From NCBI GenBank assembly GCA_000002435.2, contig CM018793.1: 64,000 nucleotides of DNA. One strand, given 5' to 3'. Origin of the DNA: Giardia intestinalis (taxonomy: Eukaryota). The translations under genes were made by a program, and so were the position numbers. The notes beneath the pieces are model-generated. The model ran no database searches and had not been told where the DNA came from. It saw only the letters and a program-made list of their open reading frames with translations. Below, piece after piece: positions 41,223-51,284 of this stretch (positions within the stretch are counted from its first letter, which is position 1; every line of letters starts with the position of its first letter).

Positions 41223-42179
41223 ATGTATTTAAGAGAGGGCTTCGATGTGCACACACTTACCGACCGATCCGATTATAGTATCCTCTCGGAGCTCGTAGAT
41301 GGGTCTCCTGCTATCCCCGCCTACAGCGACAGCGAGATAGACGCATCGGTGTACCACAGCTTCTCATTCGATTACCCGCGATCCTACTCTTCTGTGTTTG
41401 GGCAAGGAACAGACTTCCTCGAGTTCAAAGAGGTCACAAGAACGGTCGACGACGGGATCTATGACCCCGCAGTCCTGCTCGATCACACCGTGGACCCCTG
41501 CCTGGCCACTGATCTGCCCTACTCCAACTACGGCCACAACCCTGCAAGTACCGGTATCAGTGTCAATACCTTGTATGCCAGAGACCAGCCTCCAGGATCG
41601 CGCAGCACCACGACCCTCTCGCCTTCCATGATTAGAACTGAGAGCTCATCTAGGATCTCTGCAGCCACCCCGCCGGTCCCCACGCTTCTGCGGTCTATCG
41701 ACTCCATAAGCAACTTCACTTCACTTCCCACTCTGGCACAGCCAGCCACTGCAAAAGCTGCTACAAAGCCTGAGGCCGCCGATGTGAAGCCCGGGACGGA
41801 GACTAAAGCTCGACCCCCTCCCAAGTCGTCTGTGCCGGCTCCGCTGCAGATGAAGAAGCCGGTAAAGCATGCGTCCCGCTCTCTGAACAACAAGTCTCAG
41901 TACAAGTTCCCAGGGACTCCCGAGGTGCTGAAACGCTCCATCCAGCTGATCTACCGTGCCTTGCGAGAGCTGAGGCCTGCTGCCAAAATTCCCGGGAACG
42001 TGATGGACTCTCTTGCGCAGCGAGCGGACACACACGTCTACATCCTCGCGCAGGACAGGAGGCTCTTCCACTGGCTCGAGACAGAGCACCCCAAGGACGT
42101 GATTCAAGCGCTCCTAAGAATCGAGGGCCTGGACAGCGAAATGAAGTCGAGGCTGGCGGCGCTTTTCGCTGGCAATTGA
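41223..42179 (+). CDS. Hypothetical protein, 318 aa, Ser/Pro/Thr-rich middle
   Basis: It is an ORF from an ATG with ctttaaaaATG context, and no domain is recognised. Confidence 0.45.
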   Translation: MYLREGFDVHTLTDRSDYSILSELVDGSPAIPAYSDSEIDASVYHSFSFDYPRSYSSVFGQGTDFLEFKEVTRTVDDGIYDPAVLLDHTVDPCLATDLPYSNYGHNPASTGISVNTLYARDQPPGSRSTTTLSPSMIRTESSSRISAATPPVPTLLRSIDSISNFTSLPTLAQPATAKAATKPEAADVKPGTETKARPPPKSSVPAPLQMKKPVKHASRSLNNKSQYKFPGTPEVLKRSIQLIYRALRELRPAAKIPGNVMDSLAQRADTHVYILAQDRRLFHWLETEHPKDVIQALLRIEGLDSEMKSRLAALFAGN

Positions 42180-42553
42180 CTAGTCAATTGAACGTGAATC
42201 GGTAAGCTAAAGAGAAGTGAATTATATGCGATACGAGCGCGTCGCAGAGGCGCCTGCCTCGCTCTGGCAGCGATTTTATGCTGAGTGGGGAATGGTTACA
42301 ATCGACAGTGACGGCATTTTTTAATTAATTGATGATCCCAAGGACCTGTAGACGTCTACGGCCATATTATGAATCCAAGGTTTATGAGCTTGCACGTTCG
42401 CAGAAATCGCTGAACACAAACATCGAGAGGAACAAAAGTGCCACAGAGTCAGTAACACGGACGTAATCTAAACAAACTGAGCAGGAAGCCGTCGTTTCTT
42501 TCCAACTTAAACGCCCTGTAATTTTTCAGGACAACAATTTTATAGTTCAAAAA

Positions 42554-43714
42554 ATGGCATCCAGCACGCACTCAGGCAATCTGCTGGGAGTCCAGCTCGG
42601 TGGCTCCCTCGCAATCTTGGCAGTCGGTGTGTGCGGGTCCTTCATTCCTTACATGCTTGTTAAATGCAGGTCGTCAGACAAGGCCTTGCTTTATTTAAAT
42701 GCAGGTTCTGCTGGGATCCTCCTGGGCGCTGCATTTATACATATGGTTCCCGAAGCGACTGGGAAGCTTGATGCTCTTCTGGGCGGCTTCCCCCTGTCCT
42801 ATTTCTTATTCTGCATCGGTCTCTTTCTCATGATTTGGCTCGCAAGGATAGGCGGTCATCCGCATCCGCACGTCAACCCCCGCATCCATCCGGATTGCAA
42901 CGTGTGTATGCAGCCCTCCATCTTGCATAATGCGCAGACACAACTTTACAGTGGTAACGACCACGGCCACGAGCACAAGGATACCGTCTCCCTCCAGGCC
43001 CACGGAGCCTCCAGTGCGGCTGCAGTCGCAACCTCAGCTTCAGTGGTCATGAGTGTCGGTTCTACAGACGCACTCGTTGATTGCAGCTCGTGCAACTGCG
43101 AGATTGGTCAGTGCAAGGAGTGCGATCAAAGCTATTTTCTGAAGGTTGACCCTGCTTGCGAGCAGCATGTGCACTGCACCGGTGCTGATAGAAAGCTTTT
43201 TAAATGCAAACAGTTGCGATCCGTTCTATTGCTCTTGCTGGGCCTTTCTGTGCACTCGTTCACTGCAGGGCTATCTCTTGGCTTCACGCAGACAGTGGAC
43301 CAGGCCGTCGGTATCTTTCTTGCCATTATCCTTCACAAGTGGTGTGAAACGTGCGCTCAGTCTTTGTCCGGCATACGTAACGGGCTTTCCATGAAGACTA
43401 ATGCTGCTGTCACAGCGGCACTTTCTCTCGTTACTCCTGTGGGCGCTTGGATCGGGATCCTTATCCAGTCTACGAATGGTGGTGCCACAGATTCTATCAT
43501 ATTCGACTACATCAGCGACGCGCTCATAATGTTTGTTGCGGGGACGTTCGTGCAGATTATTTTCGAAGAGATTCTTTTGAACTACGTTCCTGCAGAGACT
43601 GTTCATGGCCGAGACACCGCCTGCAGCATGACCCTTCGCGTTCTTACTATGCTCCTGGGCTTTGCCTTTATGTGCTGTGTCTCTGTCATCGAGGGGGTCG
43701 TGGGGGAGAAGTGA
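42554..43714 (+). CDS. ZIP (Zrt/Irt-like) family metal-ion transporter, 386 aa
   Basis: It has multiple TM helices and the ZIP signature HSFTAGLSLG (H-x3-[DA]G-x2-LG) in a TM segment. There is a His-rich loop (GHPHPHVNPRIHPD...GNDHGHEHKD) plus a conserved FVAGTF-type helix. The start context is caaaaaATG. Confidence 0.8.
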   Translation: MASSTHSGNLLGVQLGGSLAILAVGVCGSFIPYMLVKCRSSDKALLYLNAGSAGILLGAAFIHMVPEATGKLDALLGGFPLSYFLFCIGLFLMIWLARIGGHPHPHVNPRIHPDCNVCMQPSILHNAQTQLYSGNDHGHEHKDTVSLQAHGASSAAAVATSASVVMSVGSTDALVDCSSCNCEIGQCKECDQSYFLKVDPACEQHVHCTGADRKLFKCKQLRSVLLLLLGLSVHSFTAGLSLGFTQTVDQAVGIFLAIILHKWCETCAQSLSGIRNGLSMKTNAAVTAALSLVTPVGAWIGILIQSTNGGATDSIIFDYISDALIMFVAGTFVQIIFEEILLNYVPAETVHGRDTACSMTLRVLTMLLGFAFMCCVSVIEGVVGEK

Positions 43715-43749
43715 CAGACGTCTTCTCTATCCATTCAATCGTCCATCCA

Positions 43750-45372
43750 ATGGAACCTAAAAGTGAATTATTGACATTAAGCTGGTTCTATTGGCCTATG
43801 CGTTTTCACTGCCGCTGCATAGAGAAGATGTGCCGCAATTTTGTCTTCGGCTCTCCGATACCGCTTCTGTCCGTCAGTAAAGCGTGGAACATCTTGAATG
43901 ATGTCTATCAGTTTGGAGGGCTCAACGATCACATTCTTCAAGCCGCCCGTGACAGCTGTTTTATAACACGCTTCACAGCAGGCACATTCCAGGCCTTCGC
44001 CCAGGCCGTCCAGAGAAAGGAGGCCGCAGCCTATTGGATAATTAGAGTCTATAAAGGCCACGACTCTTACACTCTCAGCTCTACCATCGAAGTGAGACAC
44101 AAAGGAGAAGCAGCCGCGCGTTTCTCTATGATCTGTGACATCTCGCACAGCTACATACAAGCTAGGTCTGCATTCGACGTCCCTCTCGCATGTGACAAGT
44201 GCATCGCTGAATTTGCAGACAAGCGAATGGGGGCACCTGCACTGATCTCGTGGTCTCCTCGATGCACTGTATTTAGAGCTGTTCCTCAAACGCTTCGCGG
44301 AACGTTTCAATCTCCTGCCAATCGACTGTCCACGAGTCCTCCAAGTCCAGCCAAGGCACTGGTTAGTAAGGGTGTTATTGTTCTAACGCCGCGTTCTCCA
44401 GAATCTCGCTCTGTCCCAGCACCATCCCACAGAATCCCATCTCCTCAACCATATACGTATAGATATGCTCTCTGTGCACGTCCTTCGTCTTTTGAGCAAT
44501 CACCTAACAGAGACACTGGCATGTACATTGGTATGCCGCAATCTGACTCCAGAGATGGCGAAGAGGTCCTCAGGCCTATCTTTCCAGTTTCCTGCCGAGC
44601 CATGGTTGATGAATACAGCTACTATTCTTCTATGTACTGCGTCTCTGCGTCCTACATGTTTTCATCTCTGGATGTTTTAGGAGAGCTGGTTTCTGACCGT
44701 GTCCTCACCGACATATCTGACTTGATGGATCCAATTGCGAAGGAAGCGCAGGATTTCGAGCTCTCGTTTACCGACTTATTTACTGACTCAGAAAGCACGG
44801 AATGCGTAAGCACAAGCACAGAAGGCGATAAGAGCAGTAGGGATGATATTAGCGAAGATGACATTAGCGAAAGTGGGAAGCAGGAGGAGCATGAGACAGA
44901 ACCTCCTTTAAAGCAGCAGGAAAGGGGGGACGCAAACAATAGACTCTTCGCTGATAACATTAGAAGGGCTAATGGAACTAATAAGGCTGCACGGATGGCA
45001 TCGCAGGTCCTAAAACGTATAGAGAACATGAACTCTGTGGCCCCAGGGGCAAGTGGGGACAGTCAGGTGGACAGTAATGAGATAGTGCCTATCGTAGGAG
45101 AAGCCGTAGAAAAGATCGAAGAGACGGCAACGGACAAATACATTCGCTCAATGCCTCTACACTATCCTATACTGGCCATTCCGTGCCCCGATTCTAAACC
45201 CTATGACTCCGGACAGCATCTTCTGTCGCCATCTTCTGGTACATCCTCTCCAGCCAAAGGACAAAGGCTTTCAGACTCATCCAAGGTCTATAACCACAAA
45301 ACGTTCATGAACCTCGAAGACCTGGTGCAGCACTTCTGCTCTTTAATTGTGGCTGGGAAGATAGATAAATAA
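43750..45372 (+). CDS. Hypothetical protein, 540 aa
   Basis: The first in-frame ATG is at 43750, 35 nt after the ZIP stop. The track ORF start at 43447 is a TTG and would overlap the ZIP gene by 268 nt, so it was rejected. Confidence 0.5.
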   Translation: MEPKSELLTLSWFYWPMRFHCRCIEKMCRNFVFGSPIPLLSVSKAWNILNDVYQFGGLNDHILQAARDSCFITRFTAGTFQAFAQAVQRKEAAAYWIIRVYKGHDSYTLSSTIEVRHKGEAAARFSMICDISHSYIQARSAFDVPLACDKCIAEFADKRMGAPALISWSPRCTVFRAVPQTLRGTFQSPANRLSTSPPSPAKALVSKGVIVLTPRSPESRSVPAPSHRIPSPQPYTYRYALCARPSSFEQSPNRDTGMYIGMPQSDSRDGEEVLRPIFPVSCRAMVDEYSYYSSMYCVSASYMFSSLDVLGELVSDRVLTDISDLMDPIAKEAQDFELSFTDLFTDSESTECVSTSTEGDKSSRDDISEDDISESGKQEEHETEPPLKQQERGDANNRLFADNIRRANGTNKAARMASQVLKRIENMNSVAPGASGDSQVDSNEIVPIVGEAVEKIEETATDKYIRSMPLHYPILAIPCPDSKPYDSGQHLLSPSSGTSSPAKGQRLSDSSKVYNHKTFMNLEDLVQHFCSLIVAGKIDK

Positions 45373-45704
45373 TTTACAAAAAAATTGATTACATGCAGAA
45401 GTCTTATCAAGAAGTTGGTTTGTACGCTGTGTCCAGCTAACAGTCCGTGGTGGCGAATAATACAGTACATGAACATACACTTACCAGGGCAGGTGTTTCT
45501 CGGCTTGTTTTCGCTGTTTACTCTCTGATTTGTGCTGAAAGCTTACCATCCCACGCCTAATTAGAGGAAATTAAATGCAAAAAACGTTCTGTTTTTGGGC
45601 AAAACCTTGGTAAGAAATGTTGCGAAGCACAAGACTTTGGTTGGAGGTCAAACCGATCGCATGGCTCGTCTTATCGATGGAACTAAAAGACCTCATTTTA
45701 AAAA

Positions 45705-47456
45705 ATGTCAATTGATGGGGGAACCACCGCAAGATCTACAAGTCAATTGGAGGGTACTGACTATTGTGGCAGAAGCACTAGGGAATCCTCGCACAGTAGC
45801 TCTAGTCATCACCAGAGTACACGCAGTAGAAAGGGCGTTGCCCCCTGTTCTATGATAGATAACAAACACAAAGGCAGGTTGTCTGCGCAATCCTTGGCTT
45901 CCATGCGGCGGAGGGGGTCAGAGAGCTCGTCGAGACTTAATGGAAGAGCTCCCAGCTCGTCGTATTCCAGGGATCATCACATCTGGACTGAAAAAGAAGT
46001 CAAAGAATTCTATACGATTCTGGTGAGATGGGGTTCGTTGCAGTTCAAGAAAATCTCATCTGTTCTTCAGCCCGACGAGGAAGGATCAAGCACTCGCTTT
46101 AAAAATAAGTGGAATGGAGAAAAGAAGAGAGCAATTATTCGGAGGCCTACGTATGATTGCAGAACTCTGATCATCTCTGTGATCAATGACTATATCGCAC
46201 TGCTTTTCGATTCCTCCCCTGGTCCTGTTGTTGGCCAGGAAGAGCGGGAAAGGCTCGCATCTTGGATAACTGATTTGATTGCCACTCTGCCTCTGGACAC
46301 AAACAAAAACACATCTCACCAGGTTACCAAACATGTAGTAGATGTATACAATAAATTCTTCAACTATAGAACCAAGCTCGACATGCTTCGGTGCCTCTAC
46401 GCGGACAACGGACTGACCCAACCACTCGAGCATGTCACTCTGGGGCCTGCACAGTCGTCACCCCCAGTTGTGGGTGCCAACCCCATGCAGCTTTCCGCTC
46501 CTCTAGCTATGTCTTTGTCTCCCCAGCTGCAGGTCCAACCAGCTATGCCCGCTCTGGATCGGTGCGGTGTTGCACCCGAGAATCCACAGTATCAGCATCA
46601 GCAACAGATACTAGCGAATGCCTCGCCTTGCTTTAATGTCAGCCTGCAAAACTCAGCGCAGCAGACGCTCACAAACCACGTATCCTCCGTCCTTGTCCAA
46701 CCAATCTGGTCACTCAATACCGCAGAAGGAGTCGCTATCCAGAACCCCTGCCTTATACAGTCTGCTAATGGCCTGATTCTTGCGCAGGACCTCACCACTC
46801 TGCCTAACAGTGACCTGATAGCGCAGCTAAGGAACATGCTTGGGATGCCGCAGTATAGCAATATAGCCCAGATGCCATTCAACGTTCACCAACCCGAAGG
46901 AAGGGAAGCAATCATCAAAGCTATAATAGAGCAAAACGAACGGGTAAATGCCCAGCTTCGGCAGCAGCTTGTCTATCAACCAGTTTATCAACATCTGCCA
47001 CAATTCATCTCTATCTCTGCACCGGTTCTCCCAACTGTGACATACAGAGATGTTGAGTCGCCTCCTCAGGTGACGATCTGCCTTGCCAATGCACAGAGAG
47101 CTGCTGACTTGGAGACAGTCAATGCAGTTGACGCAGTGGCTGTGACCCTGCCGCAACAAGGACAGATATTTTGCGAGTCCGTCCCAGCACACCCTGCGTC
47201 AACTTTCTCCATTAACAACGTTTCATCCGAGACTATCAGTCCGCGTCTAGTTGACCCTAGATTAGCTAGTTCTGCTGGCCTGGAAACACGGATGCGGAGT
47301 CCAGACATGCTCGCAGTTTCTTCGGCCTCTCCAGCTCCCTCGATAGATGGAAGTTTTAGCAGTAAGGATACCCCAGTTGAAATAAGCGATTCTTCTGGAA
47401 AGATAAGGCCAACGATATCGGCATCTCTCGAATCAACAGGCCCTTCGTTGCCATAA
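45705..47456 (+). CDS. Hypothetical protein, 583 aa, with a possible single Myb/SANT-like repeat near residues 93-140 and Gln/Pro-rich C-terminus
   Basis: It has a ttttaaaaaATG initiator. HIWTEKEVKEFYTILVRWGSLQFKKISSVL...KNKWNG shows the regularly spaced Trp/aromatic pattern of SANT/Myb domains. The domain call is weak. Confidence 0.45.
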   Translation: MSIDGGTTARSTSQLEGTDYCGRSTRESSHSSSSHHQSTRSRKGVAPCSMIDNKHKGRLSAQSLASMRRRGSESSSRLNGRAPSSSYSRDHHIWTEKEVKEFYTILVRWGSLQFKKISSVLQPDEEGSSTRFKNKWNGEKKRAIIRRPTYDCRTLIISVINDYIALLFDSSPGPVVGQEERERLASWITDLIATLPLDTNKNTSHQVTKHVVDVYNKFFNYRTKLDMLRCLYADNGLTQPLEHVTLGPAQSSPPVVGANPMQLSAPLAMSLSPQLQVQPAMPALDRCGVAPENPQYQHQQQILANASPCFNVSLQNSAQQTLTNHVSSVLVQPIWSLNTAEGVAIQNPCLIQSANGLILAQDLTTLPNSDLIAQLRNMLGMPQYSNIAQMPFNVHQPEGREAIIKAIIEQNERVNAQLRQQLVYQPVYQHLPQFISISAPVLPTVTYRDVESPPQVTICLANAQRAADLETVNAVDAVAVTLPQQGQIFCESVPAHPASTFSINNVSSETISPRLVDPRLASSAGLETRMRSPDMLAVSSASPAPSIDGSFSSKDTPVEISDSSGKIRPTISASLESTGPSLP

Positions 47457-47722
47457 CCTTCATTACCATAATATCCTGATCATCTTTCTAAAAATTTCTG
47501 TAAGGAGTGTGCAATCCATGTAATAGACTCACTGATCTTTTCGTTCAGATTTTTATCTAGAATTGCCCATAATTTTTAATCTTTAATCTTTAGTGGTCAG
47601 TATGCTTTAGTTATATCTTATAGCTTTTTTAGCTGCTCTTTTGTCCTTTGCTCTCTTTCGGTGTTAGTTTCCTTGCCCGTTTCCGATTGATTTGCGTTTC
47701 CATTTTGCTTTCCAATTAAAAA

Positions 47723-49312
47723 ATGGCCGATGTTTCATTTCTTGAGCCATACAAAGAGCTGTTGGTCTCAGATGATATTATTAGCAACGCTGACGAACTA
47801 GACCTTGTGGTTTTACCCTTGTATGACGAATCGGATGCAAAGTACTATCGCAACATCATTGAGGGTTTCTGCAGAATGCAGGAGTATACAGACTTTTGGA
47901 AGACGATGAAGGTTTTGCGTAACCAGGTCTTTGCCCTGACGAAGAAGTGCGACCCAACCAAAGAGGACATTCTTTTCCCAAAAGATAGTCTCGTCTTCCC
48001 TTCCAGTCTCCTAGACCCTATGCGGTCGTGCATGACCCCAAGGTTTCCTAACGTGCGCTTCAAGAACCTCGACGGCACCGCGTCTTACGTCATACAATTG
48101 ACCGACCTTACTACATGGGGAAACGCTGCAAGCCAGTGTAATGGAGCTGCGCTTGTCAAAAACAGTGTAGATACAGTCCCTGCCCCGATATTTAAAATTA
48201 TCGACGGTAAAGCAACGCACTGGAGGACAGGGGACTACCTACCAGAATACATGACAGACGCCCTGTTTCTTCTTGACGAAGCGCGAATCAGTGTTAGTAC
48301 CGTGGAGAAAGAAAGTTGTGGTGTCGATGACCTTGATTCTCCTCTCTTTGTTGGCGGTGAACTTCACTACCGTATTGTTCTCACAGTTAACAAGCTCTGC
48401 TCCGAAAATCGTATGTTTGAAGAAAGCTATGGAGTGGCTTGCATAGGGTCGTTCTGCCTAGAATCGTCTGAATTGATAAGGCCCAACACAATTGTCAAAA
48501 TGGATGATGGGGTATATGTAGCTACACTCTCACCAACAGACAAAGATGACTTGGCTCACTTTCAAATCTCTCTAACAACGAGTAGTATTGCGCTGTTGAG
48601 AACTGTCCCAGTACTGTCTGACGCACCATCTGCCGGGATAGATGGCAAGGGTATTGACATAGAGATATTAGACTCAATCCCATTGAATGGGTCACTATAC
48701 CACATGGCCATCATTGCAGGCTCAAGTGCTCCTAGGAACATACTCCCGTCCAGAAAGGTGGATCTCAAGATTGCCCTACGCCCTTCAAAATCCGTTGAAC
48801 CTCTACCAGTGAAAGACTTTATGATTCAGGATACAATATCAATGTTCAAACACTCAGATATAACGGAGGTTTTAAAGTACGGATGCGGTCACTACATGAC
48901 TCCAAACTATGGAGCGCAGCTTCTTCGCTTGCCCGTGGAGTGCTTCTTCGGTACTGGTATGTGTGCGACTTCACAGCATATTCGCCTGACAGTGCATGTG
49001 ATTGCCCTGATGCTGGCTTTAATTAGTGTTATAATAATGCTCGTGTACATTGTGGGAAAACTGATAGCAATTAGACGATTGAAGGCAGCATCACGAAAGC
49101 AGGAGGCTGACACCGGGATTGTCCTGCGTCACAGCGTTACAAAGACCTCTAGAAGCGCTCTAAAAAGGGTTGTCCGAGAGAGCCAACGCATACATGCCAA
49201 CCACTTGGATCGGAAAAGAATGGCTCTCAAAGCAGCTATATCCAATGCAGGACCAATGAGCTTACGGGACGCTTCAGCGATTTTGGATGTATTTTCGCTG
49301 AACAATCAGTAA
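47723..49312 (+). CDS. Hypothetical type-I-like membrane protein, 529 aa, single C-terminal TM helix
   Basis: It has a ccaattaaaaaATG initiator and a hydrophobic stretch VHVIALMLALISVIIMLVYIVGKLIAI near the C-terminus. Confidence 0.5.
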   Translation: MADVSFLEPYKELLVSDDIISNADELDLVVLPLYDESDAKYYRNIIEGFCRMQEYTDFWKTMKVLRNQVFALTKKCDPTKEDILFPKDSLVFPSSLLDPMRSCMTPRFPNVRFKNLDGTASYVIQLTDLTTWGNAASQCNGAALVKNSVDTVPAPIFKIIDGKATHWRTGDYLPEYMTDALFLLDEARISVSTVEKESCGVDDLDSPLFVGGELHYRIVLTVNKLCSENRMFEESYGVACIGSFCLESSELIRPNTIVKMDDGVYVATLSPTDKDDLAHFQISLTTSSIALLRTVPVLSDAPSAGIDGKGIDIEILDSIPLNGSLYHMAIIAGSSAPRNILPSRKVDLKIALRPSKSVEPLPVKDFMIQDTISMFKHSDITEVLKYGCGHYMTPNYGAQLLRLPVECFFGTGMCATSQHIRLTVHVIALMLALISVIIMLVYIVGKLIAIRRLKAASRKQEADTGIVLRHSVTKTSRSALKRVVRESQRIHANHLDRKRMALKAAISNAGPMSLRDASAILDVFSLNNQ

Positions 49313-49721
49313 TCATCATCACACCTAGTGCATAAACCGCGTAAAGTGCGTAAACTTTTGCCTTTTGTGAATAAAATGCCACTTCCTACGAATTCAGAGA
49401 CCCGGAAGCCCGTTGATGCATGAAGCATCCAACCGATTGGGCTGATATTTCATAAGCCTAAATGTTGATAGTATTTAAATTGGTTTTTGTAAACAAAATT
49501 GCCAAAAGCATTGGAAATTTGACTACAAGCTGCTTGAATTCGGAGAGGAGTTACACTACCCTCTGCGTATGCGTTGTAGATTTTCTGAGCGGAAGGTGCG
49601 GAGAAGCAGGTGTGCGTCGAGTATGCCAGGAGCAGGCTTGCTATTTGCGGGGCTAAGGGCGCATGCAGCAGCTCGTTTAAGAGATGCATTCACTCACGTT
49701 CGTGGATGCTTCCATTTTAAA

Positions 49722-51245
49722 ATGTCCCTGCCTCTTTACCCTGCGTCTATCCTAAATCTGCGCCCTCCCTTAGTATTGTATTTGAATAAAATAATCTACC
49801 GATTGCCAAAGTGGGCCTTCGTTCCATACACATTGATTTGCGTGACTTCCACCTTGTTACTATCTGAGAACAGTACTACTATTCTGCCTTATTGGTTTCA
49901 TTGTCCCACTGCACTCCTATTGCACTTTTTCTTTGTGGTTATCTGTTGGACATGCATCTTAGCCTTTAACCTATGTATATTTGTGATCTTGCGTTGTGCA
50001 CACCACGACAAGAGCAGTTCACTTCTTTTGTATTTATCTCTGCTCTGTCACTTCACTGGCACTAGCTGTTTTAGAGCGCACACTGCCAACCACTCGTGCT
50101 CAACCCTTCACTCATCCGCCTCTCAACAACTGTATCAGGATCTGGTCACAGAGGAAACAACCGATGACTTCGGAGCAGGAGATGAAGTCTATGACAGCAA
50201 TGCATCTGTCTCAGTGTCAACGACCAGTACGGCTAAGAAGTCCACACCCAGTTCTCGGTACAACGCGCGCAGAAAGAATAAAGGACTACTTACCACGACA
50301 ACCAAAAGCGAAGCAATATGGATCGAATTGGAATTAGAACGGTATCCAAGGGTGTCAGCACCGCTCGACGAGGAAGACTCACTGGACAATAGAGACACAG
50401 ACAAGGTAGTTTCCATGAAACCAAATAAGACAGTTTCGGGGTCTTCTCTGGAGTCGGATATGGCAGGGACAGGTGCCGGAGCTCTTTCAAAGGACCACAT
50501 CTTAGCACTGAGTGGCAAGGCTGTAGTTGTCAGTAGCCTTGCTAACATTATACTGACTCCAGAACAAGCAGAGAAAGCAATGAAAGCCAAGAACAAAATG
50601 CTTAAACTTCGTAACTCACAAAAGGACGTTTGTATCTGTAAAGGAAACTGTGGCGCACACTTCTCATTGCCAAGGCAGCGCTATCTGGAATACATGATGT
50701 CCACAGATGAGCTGGGAGAAGTGGTGTTTACTCCGTATTTGGGCGTGGGCGTTGCCCATAAGCATATCCGGATGCCGCCACTAAAGGTCTTTATTGTGGG
50801 GTCCAAAGCTGGTAATAGCAAGGCGAGGCCTGGAAAGACAACCACATCACGGCGGACATCAGACACCAAATTTGTCCCCACACAATTAAAAACTAAGCTC
50901 AGCATAAAAGACTCTAACGAAGAATACAAACAGATTAGCAGGATGGATAAGATAGTACCTTTGGTACCCTCTGTGTTGACGACACCAAACGGGAAACGTA
51001 ACCTGTCACCCGCACCGTTACCCTACACCCACAACAGAAGTCCTGAATGGTCTGACTTGGAAGGAGACAAAGACAGGGATAAGGTGTGCAACAAACAGGC
51101 GGAGCACTCAGGAAAGTATAGCGAATCTGTTGAAAAGCCAAGTACATCTACAAGCAAACGCAGCAGTCACTTTGATAGACGGACCACTGAATGTAATGAT
51201 AAAACCCCTGTTTCCGTCAGTGACTGGGATGATTTGTCTGCGTAG
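49722..51245 (+). CDS. Hypothetical membrane protein, 507 aa (alternative upstream ATG at 49569)
   Basis: The preferred ATG at 49722 has a ccattttaaaATG initiator and is followed by three predicted TM helices. The upstream ATG 49569 is in frame but lacks an AT-rich context. Confidence 0.45.
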   Translation: MSLPLYPASILNLRPPLVLYLNKIIYRLPKWAFVPYTLICVTSTLLLSENSTTILPYWFHCPTALLLHFFFVVICWTCILAFNLCIFVILRCAHHDKSSSLLLYLSLLCHFTGTSCFRAHTANHSCSTLHSSASQQLYQDLVTEETTDDFGAGDEVYDSNASVSVSTTSTAKKSTPSSRYNARRKNKGLLTTTTKSEAIWIELELERYPRVSAPLDEEDSLDNRDTDKVVSMKPNKTVSGSSLESDMAGTGAGALSKDHILALSGKAVVVSSLANIILTPEQAEKAMKAKNKMLKLRNSQKDVCICKGNCGAHFSLPRQRYLEYMMSTDELGEVVFTPYLGVGVAHKHIRMPPLKVFIVGSKAGNSKARPGKTTTSRRTSDTKFVPTQLKTKLSIKDSNEEYKQISRMDKIVPLVPSVLTTPNGKRNLSPAPLPYTHNRSPEWSDLEGDKDRDKVCNKQAEHSGKYSESVEKPSTSTSKRSSHFDRRTTECNDKTPVSVSDWDDLSA

Positions 51246-51284
51246 AGCAGAGTAGCTATGTTGATCTATAATTATGCTCTCTCA

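Noticed and set aside
43447-43749. The track ORF start at 43447 extends the 43750 gene upstream so that it overlaps the ZIP transporter by 268 nt.
   Set aside because: The start codon at 43447 is TTG. The first ATG is at 43750, 35 nt after the ZIP stop, which fits Giardia gene spacing.
49569-49721. The upstream ATG at 49569 was considered as the start of the 49722 gene.
   Set aside because: It is a real ATG but has no AT-rich initiator, whereas 49722 has ccattttaaaATG. It is kept as an alternative rather than the primary call.
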